Source: Escherichia phage EO1
Direction: 5' to 3' (one strand)
Sequence record: OQ223305.1
Length of the DNA: 64,000 bases
Below are positions 30,612-42,062 of this stretch, piece after piece; positions within the stretch are counted from its first letter, which is position 1, and every line of letters starts with the position of its first letter. The notes under the pieces are model-generated. The model was not told where the DNA came from. It saw nothing but the letters and a program-made list of their open reading frames with translations, and searched no databases. The position numbers and the translations under genes were made by a program.

Positions 30612-32705
30612 ATGGAACTCATTACAGAATTATTTGACGAAGATACTACTCTTCCGATTACAAACTTAAATCCAAAGAAGAAAATACCACAAATTTTTTC
30701 AGTTCATGTTGATGATGCAATTGAACAACCAGGCTTTCGTTTATGTACCTATACATCTGGAGGTGATACTAATCGTGATTTAAAGATGGGCGATAAAATG
30801 ATGCATATTGTTCCTTTTACATTAACTGCTAAAGGTTCAATTGCTAAATTAAAAGGTCTTGGTCCAAGCCCGATTAATTATATCAATTCAGTTTTTACTG
30901 TTGCAATGCAAACAATGCGTCAATATAAAATTGATGCCTGTATGCTTCGTATTCTTAAGTCTAAAACTGCTGGCCAAGCTCGACAAATTCAAGTTATTGC
31001 TGATAGACTTATCCGTAGTCGTTCAGGTGGTAGATACGTCCTTCTTAAGGAACTCTGGGATTACGATAAAAAGTATGCATATATTCTTATACATCGCAAA
31101 AATGTATCACTAGAAGACATTCCAGGAGTTCCGGAAATTAGTACCGAGCTCTTTACTAAAGTTGAATCGAAAGTCGGTGATGTTTATATCAATAAAGATA
31201 CTGGAGCCCAAGTAACTAAAAATGAGGCAATTGCAGCATCAATTGCACAAGAAAATGATAAACGTTCTGACCAAGCCGTAATCGTTAAAGTTAAAATTTC
31301 CCGTAGAGCAATTGCACAAAGTCAGTCATTGGAATCTTCTAGATTTGAAAGTGAATTATTCCAGAAGTATGAATCTACAGCAGCTAATTTTAATAAACCA
31401 GCTACTGCACCTTTAATTCCCGAAGCAGAAGAAATGAAAATTGGAATTAATTCATTAGCTTCTAAAACAAAGGCAGCAAAAATTATTGCTGAAGGAACGG
31501 CAAATGAACTTCACTATGATTATAAATTCTTTCCAATGAGTCAAGTCGGTGAAGTTTCAGAAAAAATTAAAGAAGTAATTTTTAATGCAATTAAAAATGA
31601 ACCAACTACTTCAATAAAATGTTTAGAGAAATACGCAGCAGCTGTAAATCAATTCTTTGAAGATTATAAAGATAAATGGCTTGCTAATCATAATAAAAAT
31701 CGTAAAGGACAACCAGATGAAGTCTGGGAAGAAATAACTAAAAATTCCTGGAACGCAGCAAAAACTAAATTCCTCAAACGAATGATTTACAGTTTTTCTG
31801 GAATTGGTTCTGGTCCAATGATTGATATTACTATTGCCCGCGATGGTTCTAAATATACTCCATCACAAAAGCGTGGCATTAGAGAATATTGCGGTTCAGG
31901 ATATACTGACATCAATAATCTTCTTTTAGGTCGTTACAATCCAGAACGATATGATGTAATGAGTGAAAAAGAAATTGAATCTGCTATAAATAACTTAGAT
32001 TCAGCTTTTGAAAATGGTGACCGTATACCAGAAGGCATTACAGTTTATCGTGCTCAAAGTATGACTGCTCCTATATATGAAGCGTTAGTTAAAAATAAAG
32101 TGTTCTATTTCAGAAATTTTGTATCTACTTCTTTAACTCCTATCATTTTTGGGCGTTTTGGAATTACACATGCTGGTATTGGTCTTTTAGAACCAGAAGC
32201 TCGTAACGAATTGACAGTTGATAAAAATGAAGAAGGAATAACTATTAATCCAAACGAAATAAGAGCGTATAAAGAAAATCCTGAATACGTTAAAGTTCAA
32301 ATAGGATGGGCAATTGATGGAGCTCATAAAGTTAATGTTGTATATCCAGGAAGTCTCGGAATAGCAACAGAAGCTGAAGTTATTCTACCACGAGGATTGA
32401 TGGTCAAAGTTAATAAAATAACTGATGCTTCTAATAATGACGGAACAACATCTAATAATACAAAACTCATTCAAGCTGAAGTTATGACTACGGAAGAACT
32501 CACCGAATCAGTAATTTATGACGGTGACCGTCTAATGGAAACTGGTGAAGTAGTTGCAATGACAGGTGATATTGAAATAGAAGACAGAGTTGACTTTGCA
32601 TCATTTGTTTCATCAAATGTTAAACAGAAAGCAGAATCATCTCTCGGAATTATTGCGTCTTGCATAGATATTACAAACATGCCTTACAAGTTCGTTCAAG
32701 GATAA
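30612..32705 (+). CDS. alt: Alt-type ADP-ribosyltransferase (copy 1)
   Basis: 697 aa; N-terminus MELITELFDEDTTLPITNL; R-S-ExE ART motifs (YRAQ, FVSTSL, EAEVILPRG). Confidence 0.85.
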   Translation: MELITELFDEDTTLPITNLNPKKKIPQIFSVHVDDAIEQPGFRLCTYTSGGDTNRDLKMGDKMMHIVPFTLTAKGSIAKLKGLGPSPINYINSVFTVAMQTMRQYKIDACMLRILKSKTAGQARQIQVIADRLIRSRSGGRYVLLKELWDYDKKYAYILIHRKNVSLEDIPGVPEISTELFTKVESKVGDVYINKDTGAQVTKNEAIAASIAQENDKRSDQAVIVKVKISRRAIAQSQSLESSRFESELFQKYESTAANFNKPATAPLIPEAEEMKIGINSLASKTKAAKIIAEGTANELHYDYKFFPMSQVGEVSEKIKEVIFNAIKNEPTTSIKCLEKYAAAVNQFFEDYKDKWLANHNKNRKGQPDEVWEEITKNSWNAAKTKFLKRMIYSFSGIGSGPMIDITIARDGSKYTPSQKRGIREYCGSGYTDINNLLLGRYNPERYDVMSEKEIESAINNLDSAFENGDRIPEGITVYRAQSMTAPIYEALVKNKVFYFRNFVSTSLTPIIFGRFGITHAGIGLLEPEARNELTVDKNEEGITINPNEIRAYKENPEYVKVQIGWAIDGAHKVNVVYPGSLGIATEAEVILPRGLMVKVNKITDASNNDGTTSNNTKLIQAEVMTTEELTESVIYDGDRLMETGEVVAMTGDIEIEDRVDFASFVSSNVKQKAESSLGIIASCIDITNMPYKFVQG

Positions 32706-32708
32706 ATC

Positions 32709-34766
32709 ATGGAACTTATTACAGAATTATTTGACGGCGCTTCGGCGCCGGTTGTTAACTTAAATCCTAAGCATAAAATACCTCAAATTTTTGCTATTCA
32801 AGCCGGTGAAGAAAGCGTGCTTCCTGGATTTAGATTTTGTACATACACCTCTGGCGGTGATACAAATAAAAACGTTAAGCCAGGCGATAAAATGATGCAT
32901 ATCGTAATGATAGGTGTCAATGAGAAACTATCATTAGTTAAACTTAAAAACTTGGGTGGAAATCCAATTGGTGTTATTAATGCGGTTTTTGATACTGCTC
33001 TTCAAACAATGAAACAGTATAAAATTGACGCATGCCTGTTCCGCGTACTAAAGAGTAAAACAAATGGCGCAGCTCGACAAATTCAAGTTATTGCTGACCG
33101 TTTAGTACGTACTAAAGGAGCAGGTCGATATGTTCTTTTAAAGGAAATCTGGGATTACGATAAAAAGTATGCATATATTATGGTTTACCGTAAAAATGCC
33201 AATTTAGAAGACATTCCAGGTGTACCTCCTATTTCAACTGAGTTATTCACAAAAGTTGAATCAAAGGTTGGTGATGTTTATGTAGACGTTAAAACAGGTA
33301 ATGCTGTTCCTAAAGCTGTTGCTGTTGCCGCTTCTATTGCTTTAGAAAATGATAAGCGCACGGATCAAGCTGTTATTCAGAAAACTAAAATTAGTCGTCG
33401 ATTAGCAGCACAAGCTCAATACTCTACTGTCGATGCTTCACTTCAGGGCGATAGTTTCGCTGCTAAGAAATATCAAGAGTTTGAATCTAAAGTTCCGGTA
33501 TATAAAGCAGAAGGACCAATGAACTCTGGCGTTATTCAGATTGGTTCAAACTTCGGCAAAGGAGCTATCGGTGGTATGAGGAGTGCTTCTCGTTTTAAAT
33601 CTAGTGATTATGAACTAGAAAGCTTCCGAAATCATATTGCATTGGCCCATGCGCGTTTACGTGATCCATCTATTAAATTACAGAGCGATATAACATATCA
33701 AGGTTCTCAGGAATATTTAAAGAATAAAGAATTTTTTGATTATAAAACTGATAAAATTTTAAGCGATCTTGCTGACATTAATATTTCTAATAGCTTTGAT
33801 GTTATTAAGAAAATTGTCAATGATTTAGTTAAAGGTTCTAAAGCCACGCCAGATGAAAAGGTAGCTATTATTCAATTTGTCATGAATGGCATTTATAAAT
33901 TGATTAATGAGTCTGCTTCTCAAGCGTATGAATATGCAAGTACTGAAGTACCCCCAAAAGGATTAACTCGGGCTGAGTCTGATGTAATTGAAGATTATTG
34001 CGCAGATTCATATGTTGAAATGAACTCGTTCCTTTTAGGTAAACCGGATTCTACTCGTGAAGAATATATGGAACGAGCTATTAAACACATCGAGACGATG
34101 GATTCTGCTTTTGCCAAAGGATCAGTTCTTCCTCCAGGAACTACGCTTTACCGTGGCCAAGAAGTTACCTTTAAAACTTTACGTCATAATATTGAAAATA
34201 AAATGTTCTATTTTAAGAACTTCGTATCCACATCGCTTAAACCAAATATCTTCGGTGAGTATGGTAAAAACTATATGACTCTAGATGATTCCAGTGCAGT
34301 ATTTTCTGGTGAAGGAGAAGGTTCAATTGACGCAGAAGATTTGATGCATATGGGCAGTCATTCTGCTTATGCGAATGAAGATGCTGAAACTAGCGTGGGT
34401 ATGGTAATTAAAGGAGCTGAGCGAATCAAAGTTATCGTTCCGGGTCATTTATCAGGATTTCCGTCAGAAGCTGAAGTTATTTTACCACGTGGAATTTTGC
34501 TGAAGATTAATAAAGTGAGCACGTACATGATGAAAGAAACTGCTTATAACAAGTATTTAATCGAAGGTACAATCGTTCCTCCTTCTGAACAATTAGAAGA
34601 ATCGGTATATGATGGCGATCATCTGATGGAAACTGGTGAAGTTCGTCCAATGGCTGGATTTAATCAATTCCTTGTAGAAGAATCAAAAGAAGAGGAAAAC
34701 GAAGTTTCTCAAATCTTGGCTTCTTTGGTTAACATCAACGGAATGTCTAAAAAGTTCAAAATGTAG
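32709..34766 (+). CDS. Alt-family ADP-ribosyltransferase paralog (copy 2)
   Basis: 685 aa; collinear with copy 1 (MELITELFDG...; YRGQ, FVSTSL, EAEVILPRG). Confidence 0.8.
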   Translation: MELITELFDGASAPVVNLNPKHKIPQIFAIQAGEESVLPGFRFCTYTSGGDTNKNVKPGDKMMHIVMIGVNEKLSLVKLKNLGGNPIGVINAVFDTALQTMKQYKIDACLFRVLKSKTNGAARQIQVIADRLVRTKGAGRYVLLKEIWDYDKKYAYIMVYRKNANLEDIPGVPPISTELFTKVESKVGDVYVDVKTGNAVPKAVAVAASIALENDKRTDQAVIQKTKISRRLAAQAQYSTVDASLQGDSFAAKKYQEFESKVPVYKAEGPMNSGVIQIGSNFGKGAIGGMRSASRFKSSDYELESFRNHIALAHARLRDPSIKLQSDITYQGSQEYLKNKEFFDYKTDKILSDLADINISNSFDVIKKIVNDLVKGSKATPDEKVAIIQFVMNGIYKLINESASQAYEYASTEVPPKGLTRAESDVIEDYCADSYVEMNSFLLGKPDSTREEYMERAIKHIETMDSAFAKGSVLPPGTTLYRGQEVTFKTLRHNIENKMFYFKNFVSTSLKPNIFGEYGKNYMTLDDSSAVFSGEGEGSIDAEDLMHMGSHSAYANEDAETSVGMVIKGAERIKVIVPGHLSGFPSEAEVILPRGILLKINKVSTYMMKETAYNKYLIEGTIVPPSEQLEESVYDGDHLMETGEVRPMAGFNQFLVEESKEEENEVSQILASLVNINGMSKKFKM

Positions 34767-34795
34767 TTTACAAGTCCCTCGTGTTGTGTTATAAT
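34767..34795 (+). promoter_or_regulatory. Early promoter (TTTACA, 17 nt, TGtTATAAT)
   Basis: GTTTACA at 34766-34772 and TATAAT at 34790-34795; ~54-nt near-identical copy of the alc promoter and leader. Confidence 0.6.
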
Positions 34796-34826
34796 AATCT
34801 TACTGACATAACATGAGGAACACAAA

Positions 34827-35117
34827 ATGAAATCTTCTTTGCGCTTTTTAGGTCAAGAACTTGTAGTTGAAGGCGTTATTCCTGCTGATAATGCTTTTAA
34901 TGAAGCAGTTTATGATGAATTTATCAAAATTTTTGGAACAGATAAAAAGTTCGGAATTTTTCCTTCTGAAAATTTTTCAAAGCCAGAGCAGACTGAAAGC
35001 ATTTTCCAAGGTGTAGTAACAGGTAAATTTGAGTCAGAAGCTCCGGTAAAAATTGAAGTTTATATTGAAGACAGTTTAGTTGCTTCAGTTGCTGCTTTTA
35101 TTTCATTCCGTAAATAA
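34827..35117 (+). CDS. Hypothetical protein
   Basis: 96 aa with GAGGAA RBS. Confidence 0.55.
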   Translation: MKSSLRFLGQELVVEGVIPADNAFNEAVYDEFIKIFGTDKKFGIFPSENFSKPEQTESIFQGVVTGKFESEAPVKIEVYIEDSLVASVAAFISFRK

Positions 35118-35121
35118 AAAC

Positions 35122-35142
35122 ATGGGGACCGAAAGGTCCCCA
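35122..35142. terminator. Bidirectional terminator between convergent transcripts
   Basis: atggggacc-gaaa-ggtccccat hairpin flanked by A-run and T-run. Confidence 0.7.
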
Positions 35143-35145
35143 TTG

Positions 35146-36111
35146 TTATATTGCTCCTAATATTTTACTTTGCGAGTTGACAATTCCCGTCATAGTATTA
35201 ATGTTTGAAATGCTTCCTGCAGTTCCTCCTAATCTACTAAGTCGTGAAAGCGAATTAGATAGTCCAGTAACACCTCCACTATTTCCGAGAACGCTTTGAA
35301 TGCCATTTATAGCAGCAGATTCAAGCCACTCAAGCGCAGCTTGTCTATCAACTGCTCCAGCCTGCATAACTCTATACGCAAAAGTAACATCAAATGTAGT
35401 TATTTGGTTATCTCCATCATATGATAACTCAGGAGCGCTCACTGACACTGGAATGCATCCGGTGAACATCACTGCAGTATGAGGTAATCCATTACGAGCG
35501 TGAAGATTAACCTGAATGTCTGCCTCGACATCTTGTGGCAAAGCGCGCAGTCCAGTTACTGGGTCTTGAACAGCGTTAACCCAGTCTTGCATTGCACGAT
35601 AATTACATGCTTCTGAATCCATTCTAAATGAAATAACCAAAGGGTCTAATTCTCTCCCAGTTATACGAATATTAGGAGAATTATAGTTCCAGTCAGTTTC
35701 ATAGGATAATCTATTCTCTGGCATTTTTACAGAATATATCATCAATCCAGATGAGTTATATGCCATATTAAAGAAGTCAATTAAATATGTACCAACTGTA
35801 AATGAGCCCAATAAACTTTGAACTGTACGTTGACTCATGGCACCAATAAGATATTTACTAACTCCTGATTTTCTTATCAGTTTTTGTGTGCCAGCAGTAA
35901 TTAGCGTGGTAATTCCCTGATTAATATCGCCTTGAGTCAATCCTAACCAATCTGAATTTAAACCCAAGTTATTATAAGAAAAGTTGCTAATTGAACTTAT
36001 CAACGAAGAGCTTTTAGTTGATGGAGTTGTCGCAAAAACGCAGCTAAACATATTATTACGTTGGAAATCTGCGTTTATTGCTTGATTATTAAATTCCTCT
36101 AAAGAATACAT
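35146..36111 (-). CDS. 54: Baseplate tail tube initiator gp54
   Basis: 321 aa; synteny 54-48-29-28-27-51. Confidence 0.88.
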   Translation of the reverse strand: MYSLEEFNNQAINADFQRNNMFSCVFATTPSTKSSSLISSISNFSYNNLGLNSDWLGLTQGDINQGITTLITAGTQKLIRKSGVSKYLIGAMSQRTVQSLLGSFTVGTYLIDFFNMAYNSSGLMIYSVKMPENRLSYETDWNYNSPNIRITGRELDPLVISFRMDSEACNYRAMQDWVNAVQDPVTGLRALPQDVEADIQVNLHARNGLPHTAVMFTGCIPVSVSAPELSYDGDNQITTFDVTFAYRVMQAGAVDRQAALEWLESAAINGIQSVLGNSGGVTGLSNSLSRLSRLGGTAGSISNINTMTGIVNSQSKILGAI

Positions 36112-37205
36112 TAAAAAGTCCCCGCATATAAAGAAGCACGGTTTAACGTGATAATTTCTCTCATAGTAATCTCGAGAGTAAATGTACTAGGGAGGTTTGG
36201 AGCAATAGCTAATCCGTTAAAGTTACCATTAGGTGTTTTATCAAATCTGATGCTTTGTATTTGGCATGGGCCAAATATTTCCGTTTTTCCATCAAACTTA
36301 GATGTTGCACCAAAGTTTTTCACCATCCAAATTGTCGGGTTTGAAACTACTAGAACGTTAGTTAAGCTCGATGTCATTTTCTCAAATAGTGTTTTATTTT
36401 TAGCTGCGTCTTCCGGAGATAAAGGTTCAATTAACGTAGAACGATACCAATCATCTAAATACCCCTTTATTTCAGCAGCATATTGAGATTTACCCGTTTC
36501 ACCATAAGAAAAATAGTTAAAATATTGATAGATATTAATAATAGCCATTAAATCTTCTGTGGAACGTGGAGTCAAATCCCATGTAAACACTTTAGTTCTA
36601 TTCTCAGCACCGCCATACATACTTCTAGCTGTCGTATAAATCTGTTCATTATTATCAGCCATTATACCTTGTGTTATACTTTCCAGTGCCCCAAATACTG
36701 CAGTTGAAGCAATATTACTTAGCACACCAGTAGCAGTACCTCCGCCTCTGCTGATAAGACTTTCTTGAACATCATTAAATCTATGTGATGATGTATCAAC
36801 ATCGGATTTAGATCTTGGTAAAAGAATATTTGCAACAGGTGCTTTACTTATTGTTCCTGAATTATTATCTGATATTAATCCATTTGACAGTTTTGATACT
36901 GTATTACTGATAGTGTTTCTGGCTGTACGTAAAATACTCGAAGATGAAGAAGAGTAGTTAGATCTCATCGATCTAAGACTTCCAGAATCCCTAGATGACA
37001 TATTGTATGCAGTAAATAATAATCCATTCTTATATAGATCTGTTACCTGGAAGTCCCCTGTAGTGTCATTACCACTAGCACGCCCAGTTGGAAACTGGGC
37101 AGTGTATGTTTTAGTTGCTACTTCTGATTTAGTACTCTGTCCGGCTGAAATTTTCTCACCGGACTTTTTAATTAAATCAGCAGTTATTTCTTTAACAATT
37201 GCCAT
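36111..37205 (-). CDS. 48: Baseplate tail tube cap gp48
   Basis: 364 aa, same length as T4 gp48. Confidence 0.88.
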   Translation of the reverse strand: MAIVKEITADLIKKSGEKISAGQSTKSEVATKTYTAQFPTGRASGNDTTGDFQVTDLYKNGLLFTAYNMSSRDSGSLRSMRSNYSSSSSSILRTARNTISNTVSKLSNGLISDNNSGTISKAPVANILLPRSKSDVDTSSHRFNDVQESLISRGGGTATGVLSNIASTAVFGALESITQGIMADNNEQIYTTARSMYGGAENRTKVFTWDLTPRSTEDLMAIINIYQYFNYFSYGETGKSQYAAEIKGYLDDWYRSTLIEPLSPEDAAKNKTLFEKMTSSLTNVLVVSNPTIWMVKNFGATSKFDGKTEIFGPCQIQSIRFDKTPNGNFNGLAIAPNLPSTFTLEITMREIITLNRASLYAGTF

Positions 37206-37213
37206 ATTATTCC

Positions 37214-38986
37214 TTAATTAACTCCAGTCGCATCAAATACACCAGGAGCAGTCGTGCTCGTTACGGGTGTCATATTATGAACGACAGTATTTTTCTTAAC
37301 AACATTATTAGTATTATTGATCGAAGGAGATGCTTGTTGAACAGGAGCTTGCTGTGCTTTGTTCTTTTCTATTACCTGGACTTGTTTTGCTTCTGGCGAT
37401 TTAGCAGAAGTTTCAGGTTTGGCATTAGGCTGATTTTTCTTGAGCTCTTGATAAGTAGCATCAATTTTAGAAAATCTAGCAGCAAGTTCTTTTTTAACTG
37501 CCGGTGAATTATTTAAATCCGGGTCATCCATCCGTTTTTTAAGGTCTTCATAGGCAGCTTCAACTGATTTAACCGTTGAGTCTTTACTCATATCAGCCGA
37601 ATCAGCGTATTTTTCAAAACGAATCATCGCGGCACGGGCTTCATTAGCCTTCATTAAAGCATTTTTTCTTTCTTCTGGTGAAAGTTGCTTTAATTTTTCT
37701 TCTTCTGCTGTGCGTTCTTCGTCGGTAGTTAGTGCTTCTTTATTATCAACGCCACGAATCCAGTTAGATGCACGAGTTTTCCAATTAGCAATTTTATCTA
37801 ATCCTTTTGCTATCGGACCAAGGTCTCCGTTCATTCGTTTATCTTGATAATTTGCAACTTTTTCCTGGTCTTCTTTATTGAGAGATGCTCCAGTAGAATT
37901 TTGGAAATTTTCTAGTGCTCTTCCTTCTACTTCATCAGCAGTATCCTTCATACCAGGAATGACTCGAAGAATTGCCGCAGATAATTTAGCCATTCCAAGC
38001 TGAATAAGTTCTCCTAAATTATAAAGAACCTTTCCAAGCCCTTCTACAATAGCTACCGTCAAACCGCCCCAATCTCCCTCTTCCCAGAATTTTTTAATTT
38101 CATCAATAGAACTAAAGATGCTCTGTAATAAAGGACCCCATGTTCCGGTTTCGCTAGAGAATTTAGTAAAGTCTGTACTAAACAAATCCCAAGCCTGTGA
38201 AAATTTATCTGACCAATATTTGAAATGAACCATCAACAGGTCTATTCCAACAACAACAGCCAATATCATTGCAGTCATTTTAGCAGCTTCAATAGCAGCA
38301 CTGACGGTATACTTAAATAGCATGCTTGATATTTTATCAGTAATTGAAATGGATTTCTTAAATCCGAAATCAACAGTCTTTGTTAATTTATCTAAAGCTT
38401 GAGATAATTTTAAGTTAAATGCGTCTTTTTTCTGTTTTTCTTCTGGTGATTCTTGTTTGGGTTCAACTGGCTGAGGGGCAGGGAAAAAATCAGCATCAGG
38501 ATCATTATTAACTGCTTCAGGAGCTGGTAATAAAGGACCCACAGATTCAGCTGTATCGTCCTCAACAACTTTAACAGGAATAGCGCTTTCAACTGTGGCT
38601 AAACTAGTTCCTGTTTGTTGAATTCCGGCTGTCTGAATTTTTTGCTCTAGTAAACTTGTTAATTTATCTAATTTGCTCCCGAGTGATTCACCGATTTCTT
38701 TATTAATATTATTGCCAATTTCAACAGTTTCAGCAATTAACTCAGAACCAGCAGTAGTATCACTCACTGCGCTTTCTACATTGTCAATTGCTCCAATTAT
38801 TTCATTCGATTTTTCTTCGACAGTTTGAGCAATTAATTCAGAAGCAGCTTGAGCATCATCCAATTTCGTAGATATATCGTTAAGTCCAGATAAAGTGTTA
38901 GAAGCGGATTTAGCCGCTTCCTGTGTTGGTTTATTATCTGAAATAACTTTTCTACGCATCGTTTGCATTTCTTGTGGCTTTTTCAT
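37214..38986 (-). CDS. 29: Tail tube tape measure / baseplate hub protein gp29
   Basis: 590 aa, same length as T4 gp29. Confidence 0.88.
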   Translation of the reverse strand: MKKPQEMQTMRRKVISDNKPTQEAAKSASNTLSGLNDISTKLDDAQAASELIAQTVEEKSNEIIGAIDNVESAVSDTTAGSELIAETVEIGNNINKEIGESLGSKLDKLTSLLEQKIQTAGIQQTGTSLATVESAIPVKVVEDDTAESVGPLLPAPEAVNNDPDADFFPAPQPVEPKQESPEEKQKKDAFNLKLSQALDKLTKTVDFGFKKSISITDKISSMLFKYTVSAAIEAAKMTAMILAVVVGIDLLMVHFKYWSDKFSQAWDLFSTDFTKFSSETGTWGPLLQSIFSSIDEIKKFWEEGDWGGLTVAIVEGLGKVLYNLGELIQLGMAKLSAAILRVIPGMKDTADEVEGRALENFQNSTGASLNKEDQEKVANYQDKRMNGDLGPIAKGLDKIANWKTRASNWIRGVDNKEALTTDEERTAEEEKLKQLSPEERKNALMKANEARAAMIRFEKYADSADMSKDSTVKSVEAAYEDLKKRMDDPDLNNSPAVKKELAARFSKIDATYQELKKNQPNAKPETSAKSPEAKQVQVIEKNKAQQAPVQQASPSINNTNNVVKKNTVVHNMTPVTSTTAPGVFDATGVN

Positions 38987-39516
38987 TCAAATAATCCAAT
39001 AATATTGCCAATTCCGGTTATTGGACCATTAGGGCCAGGAATTGCTAAAGTTGTAAAAATATCATTTGCCCATTTTAAAACGAATGCTGGCATCTCAAGA
39101 AAATTAATTTCTTTAACTTCATCATTGACCTTAAGCAAGCATTTGGATAACATATCGCTCACCGTTAAAAATTGTTCAAATTTTCCAGGAGGTCTAAAAT
39201 AAAATGTATTTCCTTGGTATTGAAATTCCAATCTTTGGCATACATAAACATCATTAATGTCATAAGTATAACCATCTATTTCTTTACGAGATTTAATCTT
39301 TCCATTAAATTCCAATAGATGAATAGAAACGAAATCAACTTCTGCCGGTGATAAATTCGGACAAATAGAATCAATAAGAAGTTTTAAATTTTCATCAGGA
39401 CCTTTAACATCTTTTAAAATGTTATAATGTTTAAGACCCATTTTAGGAATAGAAACTTCTTTATTGCTTATTGGAAGAACTACTTTCTTCAGTGGTAGTA
39501 TCAGATTTAAATTCAT
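38983..39516 (-). CDS. 28: Baseplate distal hub subunit gp28
   Basis: 177 aa; overlaps gene 27 3' end. Confidence 0.85.
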   Translation of the reverse strand: MNLNLILPLKKVVLPISNKEVSIPKMGLKHYNILKDVKGPDENLKLLIDSICPNLSPAEVDFVSIHLLEFNGKIKSRKEIDGYTYDINDVYVCQRLEFQYQGNTFYFRPPGKFEQFLTVSDMLSKCLLKVNDEVKEINFLEMPAFVLKWANDIFTTLAIPGPNGPITGIGNIIGLFE

Positions 39517-40636
39517 TTTTAACCTTAACTGGGTCTATTGTTTCCAGTTTCGTTGCATTAGTGAACATATATAGATGAGTTACTGAATTATTATTTGATA
39601 ATTCATGGATGACTTCATCAACGTAAAATTCTGTTTTAAATTGGTTTTTACTATCGTTAAAAATAATTTTAACGCCAGGTGTCAAGTTAAAATTACCGAC
39701 AGTAGAACATTTAGCATAGCCATCGTATTGTGCCATAGTTTGAAGACGAATAGCTTCTTCATATCCATTCCTATAAGTCATTTCAGAATAAGCACCTGAC
39801 CTTGATACCACAATAGAGTTTTCTCCCTTTCCTGTAGTAATCATTGGCAATGAAGAATCTAAAAATGAATGCGCATAAATAGTAGCATTTTTCATTGGGT
39901 CACGTTTATGAGGATTCGATTTAGTCAACCAAACGAAATCATATGCTAATGGATATTTTAATTCTTGGATGAATTGACCTATTAAAGATGGCTCACCGAC
40001 AATCATTGGATACGGTTCTTGATTTATCATCATATCATAGTCCATCATGTTAACTCCCATGATGTCTTGCCACACAAATACAAATTTGTCACTTCCTACA
40101 GCTAGAGCAACTTCTCTAACATACGACAAATAGTTTTCAAATGTGCTAGTCCATGGAATATCAGGAACATAAGCATTTATAGCATTTATTGCTGGAGTTA
40201 ATAACGTGCGATCCTGATAAATGACACCAAGCATTTCCTTTATAGATTCACCTGCATCAGAGAAAAACGGTCTGCCAAATTTAAGATTTTCTATAGAATG
40301 AATAGTTCCCAATTCAATAGCAATGATGTTATCACCCTTTGAATCTACAGATACAGAAAAATGCTTACATCCATAAATTCGTGTTTTAACATTATTAATA
40401 TCGTTTGCATTAGCTACAGAAATCTGAATTATTTCATTTCCATCCATTTTTGTATGGATATTTTTAGAATCATAAAACTGCAGCATTCCTTCATTTCGGC
40501 CATAAAGAGAATCCCGCATAGTTAATGTGGTAATAGTAGCAGCTAATTCAACAAATCTATTATTACTCCAAGCGTCGTAGCTATCAAATAATTTAACGCT
40601 GAGATTTGGATATCCTGGGCGTTGCAACATACTCAT
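39461..40636 (-). CDS. 27: Baseplate hub subunit gp27
   Basis: 391 aa, same length as T4 gp27. Confidence 0.88.
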   Translation of the reverse strand: MSMLQRPGYPNLSVKLFDSYDAWSNNRFVELAATITTLTMRDSLYGRNEGMLQFYDSKNIHTKMDGNEIIQISVANANDINNVKTRIYGCKHFSVSVDSKGDNIIAIELGTIHSIENLKFGRPFFSDAGESIKEMLGVIYQDRTLLTPAINAINAYVPDIPWTSTFENYLSYVREVALAVGSDKFVFVWQDIMGVNMMDYDMMINQEPYPMIVGEPSLIGQFIQELKYPLAYDFVWLTKSNPHKRDPMKNATIYAHSFLDSSLPMITTGKGENSIVVSRSGAYSEMTYRNGYEEAIRLQTMAQYDGYAKCSTVGNFNLTPGVKIIFNDSKNQFKTEFYVDEVIHELSNNNSVTHLYMFTNATKLETIDPVKVKNEFKSDTTTEESSSSNKQ

Positions 40637-41385
40637 TATTGTTTATCCTTCTCAATCAGTTTTAATACGAATCCGCGCTCAGCAGGAATCATTTTCATTA
40701 TTGAATTTAAGCTATAATTACTTTTTACGAGCGTGTGATTGATTTGATAAAAAGTAAATATTTCATCTGGGTTAACTAATAGCTTAAACACATCTACTAT
40801 ATCAGTGTATTTTTTTACATACTTATTACAGCATGACATATGCAATGTTAAATTAATAGGATTCATTGCATCGAGAATTTTTTCTAATGTTTCTATCTCG
40901 ATGGCATCAACAAGTTCTATTTGGCTTGATTCGCTAATTTCATTCCAATCATACCACATTTCATCTACTTGAACGGAATGAATATTTTCAGTAATCATCT
41001 TTGCTTTATTTTCATAAAACTCAGAAGGAAACTTTAATTTAATTTTAACATTAGCTACATCAAAAACAGGTTCCTTTAATTCTTTTTGATATATTTCAAA
41101 TGGAACTGTCTTTTCTTTTTTACATTTTGGACATACAAATGTGACCGGTACTTTAGTTTTACCTATTGACCCTACAAATACCTGCAAAAATATAAATGGT
41201 TGCCAAGTCTTCGGATAGTCTCCAAAATAATCAGCAATTAAATCAGCAATTATTTCTTTTTGTTCTTGTGGTGACCGATGTTCTATATCGTTTCGAACTA
41301 ACAAAAAATCTCGATAATCTTCTACCGTAAATGGTTTAAAACGATGAACACCATCTGGTAATTTACAACGAATAATGTTTGCCAT
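40636..41385 (-). CDS. 51: Baseplate hub assembly catalyst gp51
   Basis: 249 aa, same length as T4 gp51. Confidence 0.85.
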   Translation of the reverse strand: MANIIRCKLPDGVHRFKPFTVEDYRDFLLVRNDIEHRSPQEQKEIIADLIADYFGDYPKTWQPFIFLQVFVGSIGKTKVPVTFVCPKCKKEKTVPFEIYQKELKEPVFDVANVKIKLKFPSEFYENKAKMITENIHSVQVDEMWYDWNEISESSQIELVDAIEIETLEKILDAMNPINLTLHMSCCNKYVKKYTDIVDVFKLLVNPDEIFTFYQINHTLVKSNYSLNSIMKMIPAERGFVLKLIEKDKQ

Positions 41386-41402
41386 AGATGCTCCTTTTAT
41401 TC

Positions 41403-41414
41403 TATTTATAAATA
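41403..41414. promoter_or_regulatory. Overlapping divergent late promoters (TATTTATAAATA) for gene 51 (minus) and gene 26 (plus)
   Basis: TATAAATA on plus at 41407-41414 and on minus at 41403-41410; AAGGAG RBS follows on both strands. Confidence 0.65.
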
Positions 41415-41435
41415 TGATAAATAAAGGAGCTAAAT

Positions 41436-42062
41436 ATGTATGAATACAAATTTGATGTGAGAGTTGGTTCTAAAATAATCAACTGTCGCGCATTTACTCT
41501 TAAAGAATATCTAGAACTTATTACTGCTAAAAAGAACGGTTCAGTAGAAGAGATCGTTAAAAAGCTAATCAAAGAATGCACAAATGCAAAAGATTTAAAC
41601 CGCCAAGAATCAGAACTACTATTGATTCATTTATGGGCACATTCTCTTGGAGAAGTTAATCACGAAAACTCCTGGAAGTGCACCTGCGGAACTGAAATAC
41701 CAACCCATATAAATCTATTACATACACAAATAGATGCACCAGAAGACCTCTGGTATACACTGGGTGACATTAAAATTAAGTTCCATTACCCTAAAATTTT
41801 TGATGATAAAAATATAGCCCACATGATAGTATCATGTATAGAAACGATTCATGCTAACGGTGAAAGCATTCCAGTTGAAGACTTAAATGAAAAAGAATTG
41901 GAAGATTTATATTCTATCATCACAGAGTCAGATATTGTAGCTATAAAAGATATGCTTTTAAAGCCTACTGTTTATTTGGCTGTTCCAATTAAGTGTCCAG
42001 AGTGTGGAAAAACTCACGCTCATGTAATAAGAGGACTCAAAGAATTCTTTGAGCTATTGTAA
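41436..42062 (+). CDS. 26: Baseplate hub subunit gp26
   Basis: 208 aa, same length as T4 gp26. Confidence 0.85.
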   Translation: MYEYKFDVRVGSKIINCRAFTLKEYLELITAKKNGSVEEIVKKLIKECTNAKDLNRQESELLLIHLWAHSLGEVNHENSWKCTCGTEIPTHINLLHTQIDAPEDLWYTLGDIKIKFHYPKIFDDKNIAHMIVSCIETIHANGESIPVEDLNEKELEDLYSIITESDIVAIKDMLLKPTVYLAVPIKCPECGKTHAHVIRGLKEFFELL

